From: Lingula anatina
Taxonomy: Eukaryota; Animalia; Brachiopoda
NCBI GenBank assembly: GCA_051362555.1
Contig: CM120648.1
Span: 12,024,587-12,088,586 of the forward strand
Length of the DNA: 64,000 nucleotides
Direction of reading: 5' to 3'
A model generated the notes under the pieces. It saw only the letters and a list, made by a program, of their open reading frames with translations, did not search any database and was not told the DNA's origin. This document shows, piece after piece, positions 54,201 through 64,000 of this stretch. Within the stretch, counting starts at the first letter, position 1, and each line of letters begins with the position of its first letter. A program made the position numbers and the translations under genes.

Positions 54201-57200
54201 TGTCTTCCCCTCTTTCCCCTTACAACACCAATTAAGGTTTTATTAATAATTTTTTTCCAGAGATTCACAGAAAGATAGGATATATACTTAACAAAATATG
54301 TTTCTTAATCAGGGAATTATAACAAAAATTTAATTTTTTTTTACAGCAAAAGGTGTCACCACGTGGAGCACAGAAGACAAAGCCGTCAGTGACACCAGAT
54401 TCGGAGAAAACTCACACATCCAAGGTAGGCAGAATCCTGGGTCCTTTGATCCAAAACACCAGGGATAAATTTAGCCTGCAATATGCGGTTTAAGATGTCG
54501 TTTAGCATTTATACTTGTGTTTACATTTTCTCTGTGATTTTGAATGTAGGGCCATATGGCATATTTCCAAAACAATGGGGAGAACATTCCACTATGAAAC
54601 TCAGCTTTTCGCTACACTTGTACCTGAAGCACGCCATTTGGCAGCCTGCCTTGCATCTCGGTTTCTCCTTTCACAGAATTACGGAATCGCGGTGGATGCT
54701 TTTGAAAATGTCCCACATTGAGCGCCAAACCTTTGTTGTAGAAAAATATTAACCGAAAATTTCTGCACTTTCTTTCAATGTCCAAGACTTACCAAAACCG
54801 TTTACATGATGAATAGCCATATACCTGTTTTTGAGTTTTTTCAATGTTTGAGTCACTCTCCTAATTGAGGAAGAGACCGGGTAATTTTTCTCCTAACGGA
54901 AAAAATAGTAATTAAAACATAAAAAATATTTTTCGAAGCGTAATTTTTTCAACGGTTTGGGATTGTTTATACTATAACGACAAAGAGAAACGTCCAAATT
55001 TTTCAGTAAAACGCATTTCGGTTGGATATAGGTCAAATGCTCATTGCATGCTTTTAACTGAGCCTCACAAATCTACCCCGGCATTTGTCATCACGCAAAT
55101 ACGTCGTCGTGTGCTTGAATATATTTAGGCAGTCACGTCGTCCTAAAGCACCGTTGATATCTCCATTAAAAACCTGTCAGTCAACTCATTCAGCATTTGA
55201 AGGAGAGCACGCCGCCAGTAAGCCTCGCTCTGAAATTTTTGGTGTAATTTTATGGACTGAATAGCATTTGCTTAAATGATTTTCTTCATTTTAGTGTTCA
55301 CCAGTTTGCTGACCGGCAAGGGCGTTCCCGAGGCTGTGGCCACCAGGGGCGTGGCAAGAGGCTACTTCACACTTACTGAGGGCTCTTTCCATTACTCCGT
55401 GCATTATAGCAGAAGGTAAGTTGCGATTGCAATTGTGTTTGTGTTGGTGGTGTCTCAACTATCACAATTAGATAATGAGCACACCCAGCTACCGCTGAAT
55501 GCTTTTTCATAATACTTCTATTGTAGCCCAAATTTCCAAAATATTCCAATATTTCTATTTTATATCAGAAGCGTTTTTCTTTAACTTTTTATTGAAAAAA
55601 TTAAAGTGTATGTATGCCAATCCTTAAATAGATAAATACATTATATCTTCAGGTTGGGATCTCCGACATATATCAGATTTACGGACGAGAGAGGAGAGAC
55701 CTATTACCAAGTGCCAGTGGTGAAAACAGAACAGTTCAAGAACAGAGTAAGAATCAGTTATTCCATTGACTTCCACAATATCGGTGGTACTTCATGCGCG
55801 CGTAATACTGTGACTGCATATAACGCGCGCATGAAGTAAATAACAGCATTATTCATTACGCGTATGGCCATTTCAAATATAACTGAACTTCAGGAAACAA
55901 TTTTACCTTACACGCAAAGCATATATAATATGTAATGGTGATTTGATCCTTAATTCCATTATATTCAGAGTTTCCGGAGAAAATCATTTGTTCTCGTTTA
56001 CTTCTAGGTATGCGGGGTGTGGGTTAATATGCCGGGGATTTACCAGAAGTTCCTGGAGAACAGAAACCTTTTTGTCACACTGGCTACAGACAGATACCCG
56101 AATGGCGAAGTTTCAGGTCGAGTTATAACTCACAAAGCTTTGGAAGAAGGTAAGGTCTTTTTAGTGTCGCGATACTAAATCTACTTCGTCTAATGAAGAA
56201 TAAACAAAGCATATAGTTTCGGCTTCAGAATAAGACCATTTTTAATGAAATGGTTATAGTTGCGTCCTTGTACAGTAAACATAGACAATCCCATGCAATT
56301 ATTGTTTTTATTTATTTATTTTATTTTATTTTATTATTTTTTTTTACAGAAACATTCAGTGGTCTTCTGGAACCAGAAGTTCCAGACGGAAGTGGTGCAG
56401 CGGCCATGATGACACTTGGACGCTCAGGGGATGACCTCAGCTTTGTTGTCATGTCTGACGGGCTTCTAGCCGAAGGAGGTAAAGAACTCTATCAACAAGC
56501 CGTGTTTTATTGGGGCTGCTGGCAGATACTTTACTCGACGTATGATTTTAATTAAAAATCACAAATATCAGTAACATTTTTATTTTGTCGCTGAAATTCA
56601 CAATCATGTTTTCTGTCTCGCCGACAGTAATTTGAACCGCTTTTTACCTGCATTTTGTCGATAATTTAAATGGATGGGAGTTCGCATTCAGAAAAATCCC
56701 TCCCCCATCCAGCTCTCATGATCCCACGTCAATGATTACATACGAAAAAACTAAATTTGTGCTGTTTTGGCGAATCGCGCACGTGTCTTACGTTAGTAAT
56801 CGAACCAGGATGGCCGAGTGGTTAAGGCGTTGGACTTAAGATCCAATGGACAAATGTCCGCGTGGGTTCGAACCCCACTCCTGGTAGCTGTGTTTTTTGT
56901 TCATACACCTACAGACTGACTCGGACAGTTACCATTAATCACTACTAATATGTTCTTGAGGAGGCATCGCGAATGGTTTTTTTGTCTTTATTTAATTAAT
57001 CAGACTGGCATATATTTGTTTCAGAAAGCACAACCATTACTTTTTTGAAAGACGGCAAACCAGTGAAGAACCTGAAAGTTAGAGCATCGTCTGGGGTGAG
57101 TCATGTCAAAGTTTTCATCAGAGTCGGGACAGAAGTCATAAAAATTCGTTAATACGTACAGTACGCGGATGGTATTACAACTAAGAACATTTTGTCGATA

Positions 57201-60200
57201 TCCAATTTCGACCGTCCATATAGGTTTGAGCTTACAAGTTTTAGGCATTACTTCTAGCCCAAAATTGAGTCTACTTGACCAACGATAAATTGGCAATACG
57301 CCTACTAATGGGATATTAAGTCCCTAATGTATTTCCAAATACTCTTTCAGTCCACCGAACTGATAGAGGTCTGGTCATCTTTGACCACGCAGGAGTCCCG
57401 CCAGCTGGCCAGAGGGAAACTGACCATGGTCGTGGTCAGTGATAATGGCCGAGAGGTCAAGGGGGACCTAACACCTAAGTTAACGTGTAACGGTGAGTAG
57501 ACGGTGTTTTTATGCTGGTTTTGGAGATTCTTGTTTTAAAATAAGAATACCTGTATTAAGTTTGCGGTTCACACATTATTGTATGTTGAGGTTTATTCAA
57601 TGTAATGCGGCATAAATATTAAAAGGTCTGGCGTTTTTCAATACCTTAATATGTACACACCCTCAATAACTTCACCGTGAATTTCAGATTTTGCCAATGA
57701 ATGTATCCAGCAATAGCTGTCTCCTGATCTGGCGTCAATTGCATTTATTCTAAATATTTGAGGTTAACAGAATATTTATAAAATTTACTTCAGAGTTCCA
57801 AGGGGTGCTGTCAGGCAGGGAAAGTCTCGAGAAATCTCGCACAGCTGCCGCGGGATCTGCTATCATCACCATAGGACACGATGGCCGAATTCACTACAAG
57901 GTAAGATAATAAAACAAATGCCTTCATAAATTGGTTTCAGGGATAACGGACTCTTGATAGAATCATGTTTGAAGCAGTGTTTTCTGATGAAATAGGCATC
58001 TTGTTTGAATTTATTATTCGCCAATAATGTAACTAGTGATAATGAGATCGCGTCATGCACCAAAAATGAAGCCTACCAGGAGTGGGGTTCGAACCCACGC
58101 GGACATTCGTCCATTGGGTCTTAAGTCCAACGCCTTAACCACTCGGCCATCCTGGTTGGAAATTTTCACACTCAGATCATCAATAACTGCGCAAAAATCA
58201 GTACATAGTTACGATTGCACAAAAAGCCTCTCTAAAGTTTAAGATCAAGATTTTGGAATCTTAAAATATGAGTGCATATCAGTCCACCTTAGTAAGGAAG
58301 AAAAACCAGAAACATAAGCAATGTCTTTGAACTAAGCCTCTTTTTCATTTATCTTGAATCAAAGAAGACAGCCAGGAAATAAAAATCAGTTATCAGAAGA
58401 AATTTATTTTGTGATGCCAAACCCAGTTCGGCGGGTATAGTTAGTCTTAGACCAATATTTCACAAGAGCGCGGCAATCATAATTTGTGGTTAATTTTCAG
58501 GTTCGTCTGCTCGGTTTAGACAGCAAGGTTACCGGCATGACCATGGAGGGCGCTCCGAACAGGAAAGGCCGCAGGAAGAGAGTAACTAAGATGATCAAAG
58601 ATTTCAAAGCTGACAAAGGATCTTTTGATGGCTGGGTAAATTAAATTTCTATTTTTACTTTAATTCTTTTAAACGAAACACACGGGTCATATGTGATAAT
58701 TACCAAACACAAGCTGAAAACCAAGGGTTTGTTATAGTAAAGTATAGTAGAGAAAGGAATTCCGAAGGCTTAATCCTGTGTGTTGTTGTATATTTAACGT
58801 ATTTTATAACACAGTATCGGCTATCTTCTTATTCCTTATGAACTCATCACATGTTCTTGTTTGGAAGACGTGAGTTTTGAGAAATATACATTATGTCTTT
58901 GAGCTTATATGCTTTTATTCTAGGCAAACGGGACGTTCGGAAAACCCAACTCTCGCGAGATTTACATGCTTTTACGAGAACAGCTTTTCATAGATGTACA
59001 GACTGCAAAAAATCAGGACAGCGCTCTAAGAGGACGCGTCACTCAGCTTCTGTATGATGACCGCTTTAACAGACATACAGGTAAGATCGGGTGCTGCCTG
59101 AAAACCACGTTACTGGTTTTGCTTGTAGCATGATAACGGATGCGGTTAAAATGTGAAATAATACGAGGACAAGATAAAAATGATATGTTCGTTTCCGTCT
59201 TTATGATAACAGCGGATTGAAGGATAATTATAAATATTGTTTGGAGATGTTGAAATCGCTCTTATTATGAAAAGAAAATAGTATCTGTTTTAAAGGTGTC
59301 TGGGATAGGCCTACTATAGGCTAATGGTAACAATTATAAGAAAATTTATAATAAAGATATCAATAACTTTTCTTTATTGCCCTTTTAGGCCACCCATTCG
59401 TGATGTCAGGTTCGAACCTCAACCCACCTTTAGCAGCGGGGACTGCGGGCCACGCCTGGGTCGCTTTTGACCGCGCCTGCGCACTGAACTTCGAGATCGT
59501 AGTTTCCGGTTTGAGTCGTGAAGATGACGGCACGTTCGTGGCGGAAGTTGGAGACGTGGTGAACGGCAAGACGTATGAGAAGAAGATAAGAGGCTTTACA
59601 GGTTCTAAGGTGAGTCCCGCCCCGTCTTACAATCTACCGTTTTACATCAAAAGTTAAACTCAAGCATGTACATAACCGAACTGTGTATTCGTGTGTTGCC
59701 TGAAAATAAATCATTTAAAATTTAAAAAAAGGTATCTTTTATAAACAAAAATCAATCTTCTTCGCAGGTATCGGGCAAAATCGAAGATTTATCAAAGGCT
59801 TTCTTCCGTCATGTGGAGTTGGGCCAAGCATATGTGCAAGTCAGCATAAAAGCACATCCCAAGGGCGTCATCCGGGCACCTGTAAGTATCACGTGGTATA
59901 CCACATCGTCTGATTTATATGTTTATATACCTTCTTTGACCGTTCACTTATCTGTATTCACCTCGAATAACTGATCAATGTTAATGAGTAAAAAGAGTAA
60001 AATTTTATATATTGATCATTCAATTCGGATGCTGTGATTTTTTAAAATCAGGTTCAAGCAACTGCGCCTGGATACTGTTATCGTGACGCCACTTCCTCAC
60101 AGTACCCGGATGCTACAGGACATATCCTTGAAGACATGAGCAACAATATGGTGGACGAATACGTGAGCATCAAATGTAAATACGAGGGCGCGCTTTATGA

Positions 60201-63077
60201 AGATGGCGAAACATGGGTACCAAACAAAACTGATGTCTGCACCACTTGCAGTTGCAAGGTACGTTACACATAACACATGGGCAATAAAAAAAGTTAGACC
60301 GATTGGTTTAATTTTTAGACGGTCAGAGATACACGCTTTATTACAGCATTAAGGCGTTAGAAATCAATAAATACATTGTCCGAAAAATAAAGGTTTGCTC
60401 TCACAGGTTTCAAGTATCGAATACGACAAAGCAAGCGGTTATTTTCTCAATGAGTTTCACGAGGTTTGACGGTTATTTAGCTCAGGGTGTTCCATATAAA
60501 CTTACTTTCTTATTGTGTACCTTCCAGCGTGGACAAACCCAGTGCCAGGCCGTCATCTGTCCCGCAGCCAAGTGTGACAACCCGGTGACACTTCCTGGAG
60601 AGTGCTGCCCCACGTGTGTACAGAATGGTGAGTCACAACTACCGCAATTTGCACTTCAGGCACAACTGTCACAATGTGGTGAAATGGCACTGGATTTGGT
60701 TCGCCAGTAATGAAAATGATGATGATGATGATGATGCTGAAAAAATGATTTCTTCAGAATGTGTAAAATGTACTACACAAATTGAATTCTGCCAAATGCC
60801 CCTAAAATGAAAACGTAGGTGGTGAGTTTTAGACTGACTCAGACTGTCAGCCAAATGTCAAGATAGAAAGAAAAAAAAAACAAAAAAGAATGTACAGATT
60901 CTATTTGTGGCAGTTGTATGTGCCTCAGTGTGCATTTCAGAATCCGATTGCTAAAGTTCGTGTTAAGATTATTCAAACGCTAAAGACTTCTTGTGATGCA
61001 TCGCCGCATTTGATACCTGGGTTTACGTAAACGGTCGTATAATTACAGGCTTTGGTAAACATATCTGTTTATATAAAGAGCTTAAGGTTAACGTCTGCAA
61101 ACACACTGTATAAATTTCTATTTCCTCCAGGTAATGATAGCTTAACTCTTTAACAGAAATAGCATTGTATGAAGGTCATTTGAAGTCGAAAACACCTTGT
61201 TTTAAGAGAAAGTTTCTAAAAGAATTTTGTGAATGTCATCTAGAATAAAGAAAATGTGGCAATTAATATTTTCCTTTCCTTTTAATTCTGTTTTTAGAGA
61301 AGAGAGTGTCTCCAAGTGACCAGTGCTACTTTCCCGGTGACAAAAAGTGGCACAACGCGGATACTCCATGGCACCCTTATGTACACCCGTTTGGTTTTGT
61401 CGTCTGCGCAGTCTGCTCTTGCGTGGTAGGTTTATTTTTGTTGAATGCATTTTCACAGTATGTGTCTGTAAACGTTATTTATGAACGAATCTGTTGATGT
61501 TAGTTAAAGAAATAATTAATTTTCTCAGTTTCGATACCATACAATGCTCATTTCAGATGCCTGATGACTTACTCATGTACACACACAGACACGCACGCAC
61601 ACACACACACACACGCACACACACACACAAGCAACAACAACCACGGCAACTAAAATTGAGATACCAATAAGCATTACATAATTACAAAATCCTGCATGTA
61701 AAAACTGTATATTCTTTTTCTACTTAAGCCGGGAAAGAACGAATACAACTGCACCAAACTGAGCTGCCCGCCTCTGACATGTTCCGAACAAGACGCCATC
61801 AGGGTTCGGGAGACAGATTGTTGTAAAGTTTGTCCAGGTATGTTCAAAGCCTTTGTGTGTTATTCCATTGCTAATAGCATTTCCTATTCTCAATGGTAAA
61901 TCTTATGTTAAGTGCTCCTAATATTTCAACATTTTCTCCATAATTTGTCATTCTTATTTGTCTTTTGCATTATTGAAACCGACAACGCACATTTGGGTCT
62001 TTCTGTCTAATATATGATTTTCCTTAACTAGGATTATGTAATTCTTTAAAAGATCGTTTAATGCATAAAATGCATTTATGCCCCACAGTTTTTGTTTAAG
62101 ACCGCACCCACCTCACTCACATACATTTATCTATTGCAGAAGTGACAGCGCCCCCTGCAAACAGTGTGGTTGACCAGCCAAAGATGCAGCGAGATGGGAC
62201 TAAAGCAGGCTGCCGGGTTGGGGAGAGTTACTACGAGAACGGTGCGGAGTGGAACCCGAGGGTACACTCGCTGGGGGCCATTAAGTGTGTGACGTGTAAA
62301 TGCAAGGTATGTTTGTGTATTGTTCGGTCAATTTTGGCAGTTTACTGTGATTTTAGGTGAAGCGGGGGGGGGGGGGGGGGGGGGGGGGGTTATAACAATA
62401 CCCCCTTCCTCACCCCCGCCGGCCATCACTTTTTATTTGGCGATTTTATGATATGTGTGATTTTATGATTCGACTTTCGACTTTAATATTGATGTAAACT
62501 TAACCCACAATGATGTGCATTTGGTTATAAAGCTGATAATTGTTTGGAGTTAGTGAGTTATTTGTTTTTTTTTCTTTAACGTGATATTCTTGCTCAATCA
62601 TAAGTTAAACAGGTTTGTGTTTTTCTCGTATTTTCTAAGGTGAATAAATTAATCCTGTTTTTACAGAATGGAAATGCGAAATGCAGGCGGCCAAGATGTC
62701 CAAAACTTTCTTGTAGGCGAAAGAAGAAGGTAGAAGGCTCGTGCTGTAGAGTTTGCTCAGGTACGCCAACTATCGTGAAAAATTGTAAATTACGCTATAA
62801 CTTCTGTTACGTATCTTATTATCTTTAAGAATTTCGCCATGAGGGAAGTTTCATTCAAGGCCATAGTTTTATTAATTGTTGGGTATATTTTGTGTAAAAA
62901 CAGTGTCAAAACTTATTTTGTTTTAGTTAAGATGTACCTTTCTGAATCTGTAGCGTTTATTTATTTTGAACTTCTTATGAAATTTCCATTTTATTTATTA
63001 CAGAAGACCAGTCTCCTAGGCGAGGGAGGAGAAGAAAGAACAGAAGAAAGTCTTCAAGACAACAATCTACACAATAA
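38087..63077 (+). CDS. chrd: Chordin (BMP antagonist), 22 coding exons, 908 aa
   Basis: Signal peptide, vWC/CR1, four CHRD domains, then CR2, CR3 and CR4. All 21 introns are GT-AG with matching phases; summed exon length 2727 nt ending in TAA. Confidence 0.97.
41797..44661. mobile_element. Non-autonomous Helentron-associated (HINE/DINE-1-like) element with a central satellite
   Basis: 15-bp subterminal inverted repeat (tattgtaccaccagc 41832-41846 / gctggtggtacaata 44645-44659), terminal hairpin 44627-44656, (cggcggagc)n microsatellite near the end, A-rich insertion site, no transposase. Confidence 0.8.
42000..43670. repeat. Tandem array with a unit of about 146 bp (9 units), interrupted by a block of about 270 bp that recurs after the array (about 42590-42862 / 43657-43928)
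   Basis: aggtcaaaggtca anchors at 42014, 42158, 42304*, 42492, 42975, 43121, 43267*, 43412 and 43558 (*imperfect). Confidence 0.97.
45575..45675 (+). CDS. chrd: chordin exon 2 (CR1a)
   Basis: ttttcag|GCRLGNVFHEIEARWNPSMEPVGPMYCVQCTCAP|gtaagt. Confidence 0.95.
50993..51125 (+). CDS. chrd: chordin exon 3 (CR1b)
   Basis: VMKKGVLQRKGRVHCNNIKNKCPKLTCSDQWLPPKSCCKVCRND+C|gtaagt. Confidence 0.95.
54053..54084. promoter_or_regulatory. Paired RFX X-box-like motifs in chordin intron 3
   Basis: GTCGCTATGGCAAC and GTTGCCCTGGCAAAC, 3 nt apart; motif evidence only. Confidence 0.35.
54347..54424 (+). CDS. chrd: chordin exon 4 (linker)
   Basis: ttttacag|PKGVTTWSTEDKAVSDTRFGENSHIQ+G|gtaggc. Confidence 0.8.
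55295..55415 (+). CDS. chrd: chordin exon 5 (CHRD1)
   Basis: VFTSLLTGKGVPEAVATRGVARGYFTLTEGSFHYSVHYSR. Confidence 0.93.
55653..55746 (+). CDS. chrd: chordin exon 6
   Basis: RLGSPTYIRFTDERGETYYQVPVVKTEQFKNR|gtaaga. Confidence 0.93.
56008..56149 (+). CDS. chrd: chordin exon 7
   Basis: VCGVWVNMPGIYQKFL...RYPNGEVSGRVITHKALEE. Confidence 0.95.
56350..56478 (+). CDS. chrd: chordin exon 8 (CHRD2)
   Basis: ETFSGLLEPEVPDGSGAAAMMTLG...DGLLAEG. Confidence 0.93.
56804..56886 (+). tRNA. trnL-TAA: tRNA-Leu(TAA), in chordin intron 8
   Basis: ACCAGGATGGCCGAGTGGTTAAGGCGTTGGACTTAAGATCCAATGGACAAATGTCCGCGTGGGTTCGAACCCCACTCCTGGTA; full cloverleaf, long variable arm, A and B boxes, T6 terminator at 56893-56898. 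Confidence 0.98.
57025..57095 (+). CDS. chrd: chordin exon 9
   Basis: ESTTITFLKDGKPVKNLKVRASSG|gtgagt. Confidence 0.88.
57351..57492 (+). CDS. chrd: chordin exon 10
   Basis: STELIEVWSSLTTQESRQLARGKLTM...KLTCN. Confidence 0.93.
57794..57900 (+). CDS. chrd: chordin exon 11 (CHRD3)
   Basis: EFQGVLSGRESLEKSRTAAAGSAIITIGHDGRIHYK|gtaaga. Confidence 0.94.
58074..58156 (-). tRNA. trnL-TAA: tRNA-Leu(TAA) variant, antisense in chordin intron 11
   Basis: 81/83 identical to 56804-56886; A31:C39 mismatch in the anticodon stem and A>G in the variable arm; T5 terminator at 58066-58062. Confidence 0.93.
58501..58635 (+). CDS. chrd: chordin exon 12
   Basis: VRLLGLDSKVTGMTMEGAPNRKGRRKRVTKMIKDFKADKGSFDGW. 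Confidence 0.93.
58924..59080 (+). CDS. chrd: chordin exon 13
   Basis: ANGTFGKPNSREIYMLLREQLFIDVQT...LRGRVTQLLYDDRFNRHT. Confidence 0.94.
59389..59609 (+). CDS. chrd: chordin exon 14 (CHRD4)
   Basis: GHPFVMSGSNLNPPLAAGTAGHAWVAFDRACALNFEIVVSGL...RGFTGSK. Confidence 0.96.
59768..59881 (+). CDS. chrd: chordin exon 15
   Basis: VSGKIEDLSKAFFRHVELGQAYVQVSIKAHPKGVIRAP. Confidence 0.94.
60052..60258 (+). CDS. chrd: chordin exon 16 (CR2a)
   Basis: VQATAPGYC...KCKYEGALYEDGETWVPNKTDVCTTCSCK. Confidence 0.94.
60528..60627 (+). CDS. chrd: chordin exon 17 (CR2b)
   Basis: RGQTQCQAVICPAAKCDNPVTLPGECCPTCVQN. Confidence 0.96.
61298..61425 (+). CDS. chrd: chordin exon 18 (CR3a)
   Basis: EKRVSPSDQCYFPGDKKWHNADTPWHPYVHPFGFVVCAVCSCV. 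Confidence 0.96.
61729..61837 (+). CDS. chrd: chordin exon 19 (CR3b)
   Basis: PGKNEYNCTKLSCPPLTCSEQDAIRVRETDCCKVCP. Confidence 0.95.
62140..62306 (+). CDS. chrd: chordin exon 20 (linker, CR4a)
   Basis: EVTAPP...KMQRDGTKAGCRVGESYYENGAEWNPRVHSLGAIKCVTCKCK. Confidence 0.96.
62364..62388 (+). repeat. Poly-G tract of about 25 nt
   Basis: Directly visible in chordin intron 20. Confidence 0.9.
62667..62760 (+). CDS. chrd: chordin exon 21 (CR4b)
   Basis: NGNAKCRRPRCPKLSCRRKKKVEGSCCRVCS. Confidence 0.95.
63004..63077 (+). CDS. chrd: chordin exon 22 (basic tail, stop)
   Basis: ttattacag|EDQSPRRGRRRKNRRKSSRQQSTQ-TAA; phase 1 matches exon 21. Confidence 0.8.
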
Positions 63078-64000
63078 AATAACATGTAATCGAAACTAGC
63101 AACGGAGAGAGAGAGAGGACTCTAGTTTATGAAGCCAGAACAAGATTCTCCCAAATACAGTCGTCTCGCTGTTGAAGTGACCGTCATGTTGAGACCTTTG
63201 AGCAGGAGCGTAGCAGCTTTTCTTATTTTTTGAAGCACTCTTATCTGCGTTTGAGAAAAACAAATGAAACAGCAGTCGATCCTCTTGGCTTATGTTGCCC
63301 CGCTTCGCTGTGCAGTACGTAGTACTCGCTGATCTGCCTCTTCCTGCCCTAAAACGCTGCTGACGTATGGACTTGGTGCACACTTACAAGCGATTACGTG
63401 TACTGTGCGTTTTGATGACGGAAACAAATTTGGGTTAAATCGCCCATAAAATTCACAGATTCACTTGGGGTGCAAAAACAAGGACGCTCAAGGCGCAGTA
63501 ACGGAGTTTTCCTATTGTTAGACGTTCCAAGTTATAATTACGAACTTGAAATAAAAAAGGATGGATCCAAAAGTCGTAATATGATTGGATGCCCAAAAGG
63601 TGACCATGTTTATTATAAGCGATTGCACACAATTGGTCAAACCGGTTGTTGTGTTCACGGACGCAAGAACAATTGAATGGTGTCGATTTAATATAATTGC
63701 AACTGCTTCAGTGAATGTTTTCAGTTGCGCTTAGATAGATATGATTTTGCATTTATGATATAAGTAACAGTTGCGAGAAATTATCTATAGTCGCACTATG
63801 TTATGGCCAGGTCTTGCCAATGAAGCATAATTTGAAGCAGTTACACTGCAACTTGTAAAATATTGCTGTACATATGTTAAAGTTGTATAGAAGAATTTAC
63901 GTGTGTTATTTATATGTCGGTAAAGACGGTTGTATATATGAATGGCAAAGGATGATAAGTAAGCAATTCGCAATGAATGAACAAATTAACATGACACACG

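Noticed and set aside
58036-58242. 68-aa ORF
   Set aside because: Antisense read-through of the tRNA-Leu gene.

Overview
Eukaryotic, intron-rich, AT-rich animal DNA, most consistent with a marine invertebrate and possibly an echinoderm or hemichordate (inference only). I reconstructed four spliced genes by hand from GT-AG sites, with reading phases that agree across every junction. (1) Minus strand: a 3-exon secreted protein of 198 aa with a signal peptide, a Gly/Tyr/Pro/Gln-rich region and one TSP1 repeat (7778->1625). (2) Minus strand: a 4-coding-exon protein of 213 aa with a C-terminal PH-like fold (14555->11424). (3) Minus strand: a 6-coding-exon RING plus TRAF-zinc-finger E3 ligase, RNF41/RNF151/PDZRN3-like, 288 aa (26654->17425). 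(4) Plus strand: a complete 22-exon chordin (38087->63077, 908 aa, SP-CR1-4xCHRD-CR2-CR3-CR4 plus a basic tail). Two convergent tRNA-Leu(TAA) genes lie inside chordin introns and bracket exons 9-11. Chordin intron 1 carries a 2.9-kb HINE/Helentron-like element with a 146-bp satellite full of nuclear-receptor DR1 motifs. The window also holds several MITE families, microsatellites and a tandem duplication with a templated, microhomology-joined junction. Most ORFs in the supplied track are spurious or are fragments of these exons. No database searches were run.
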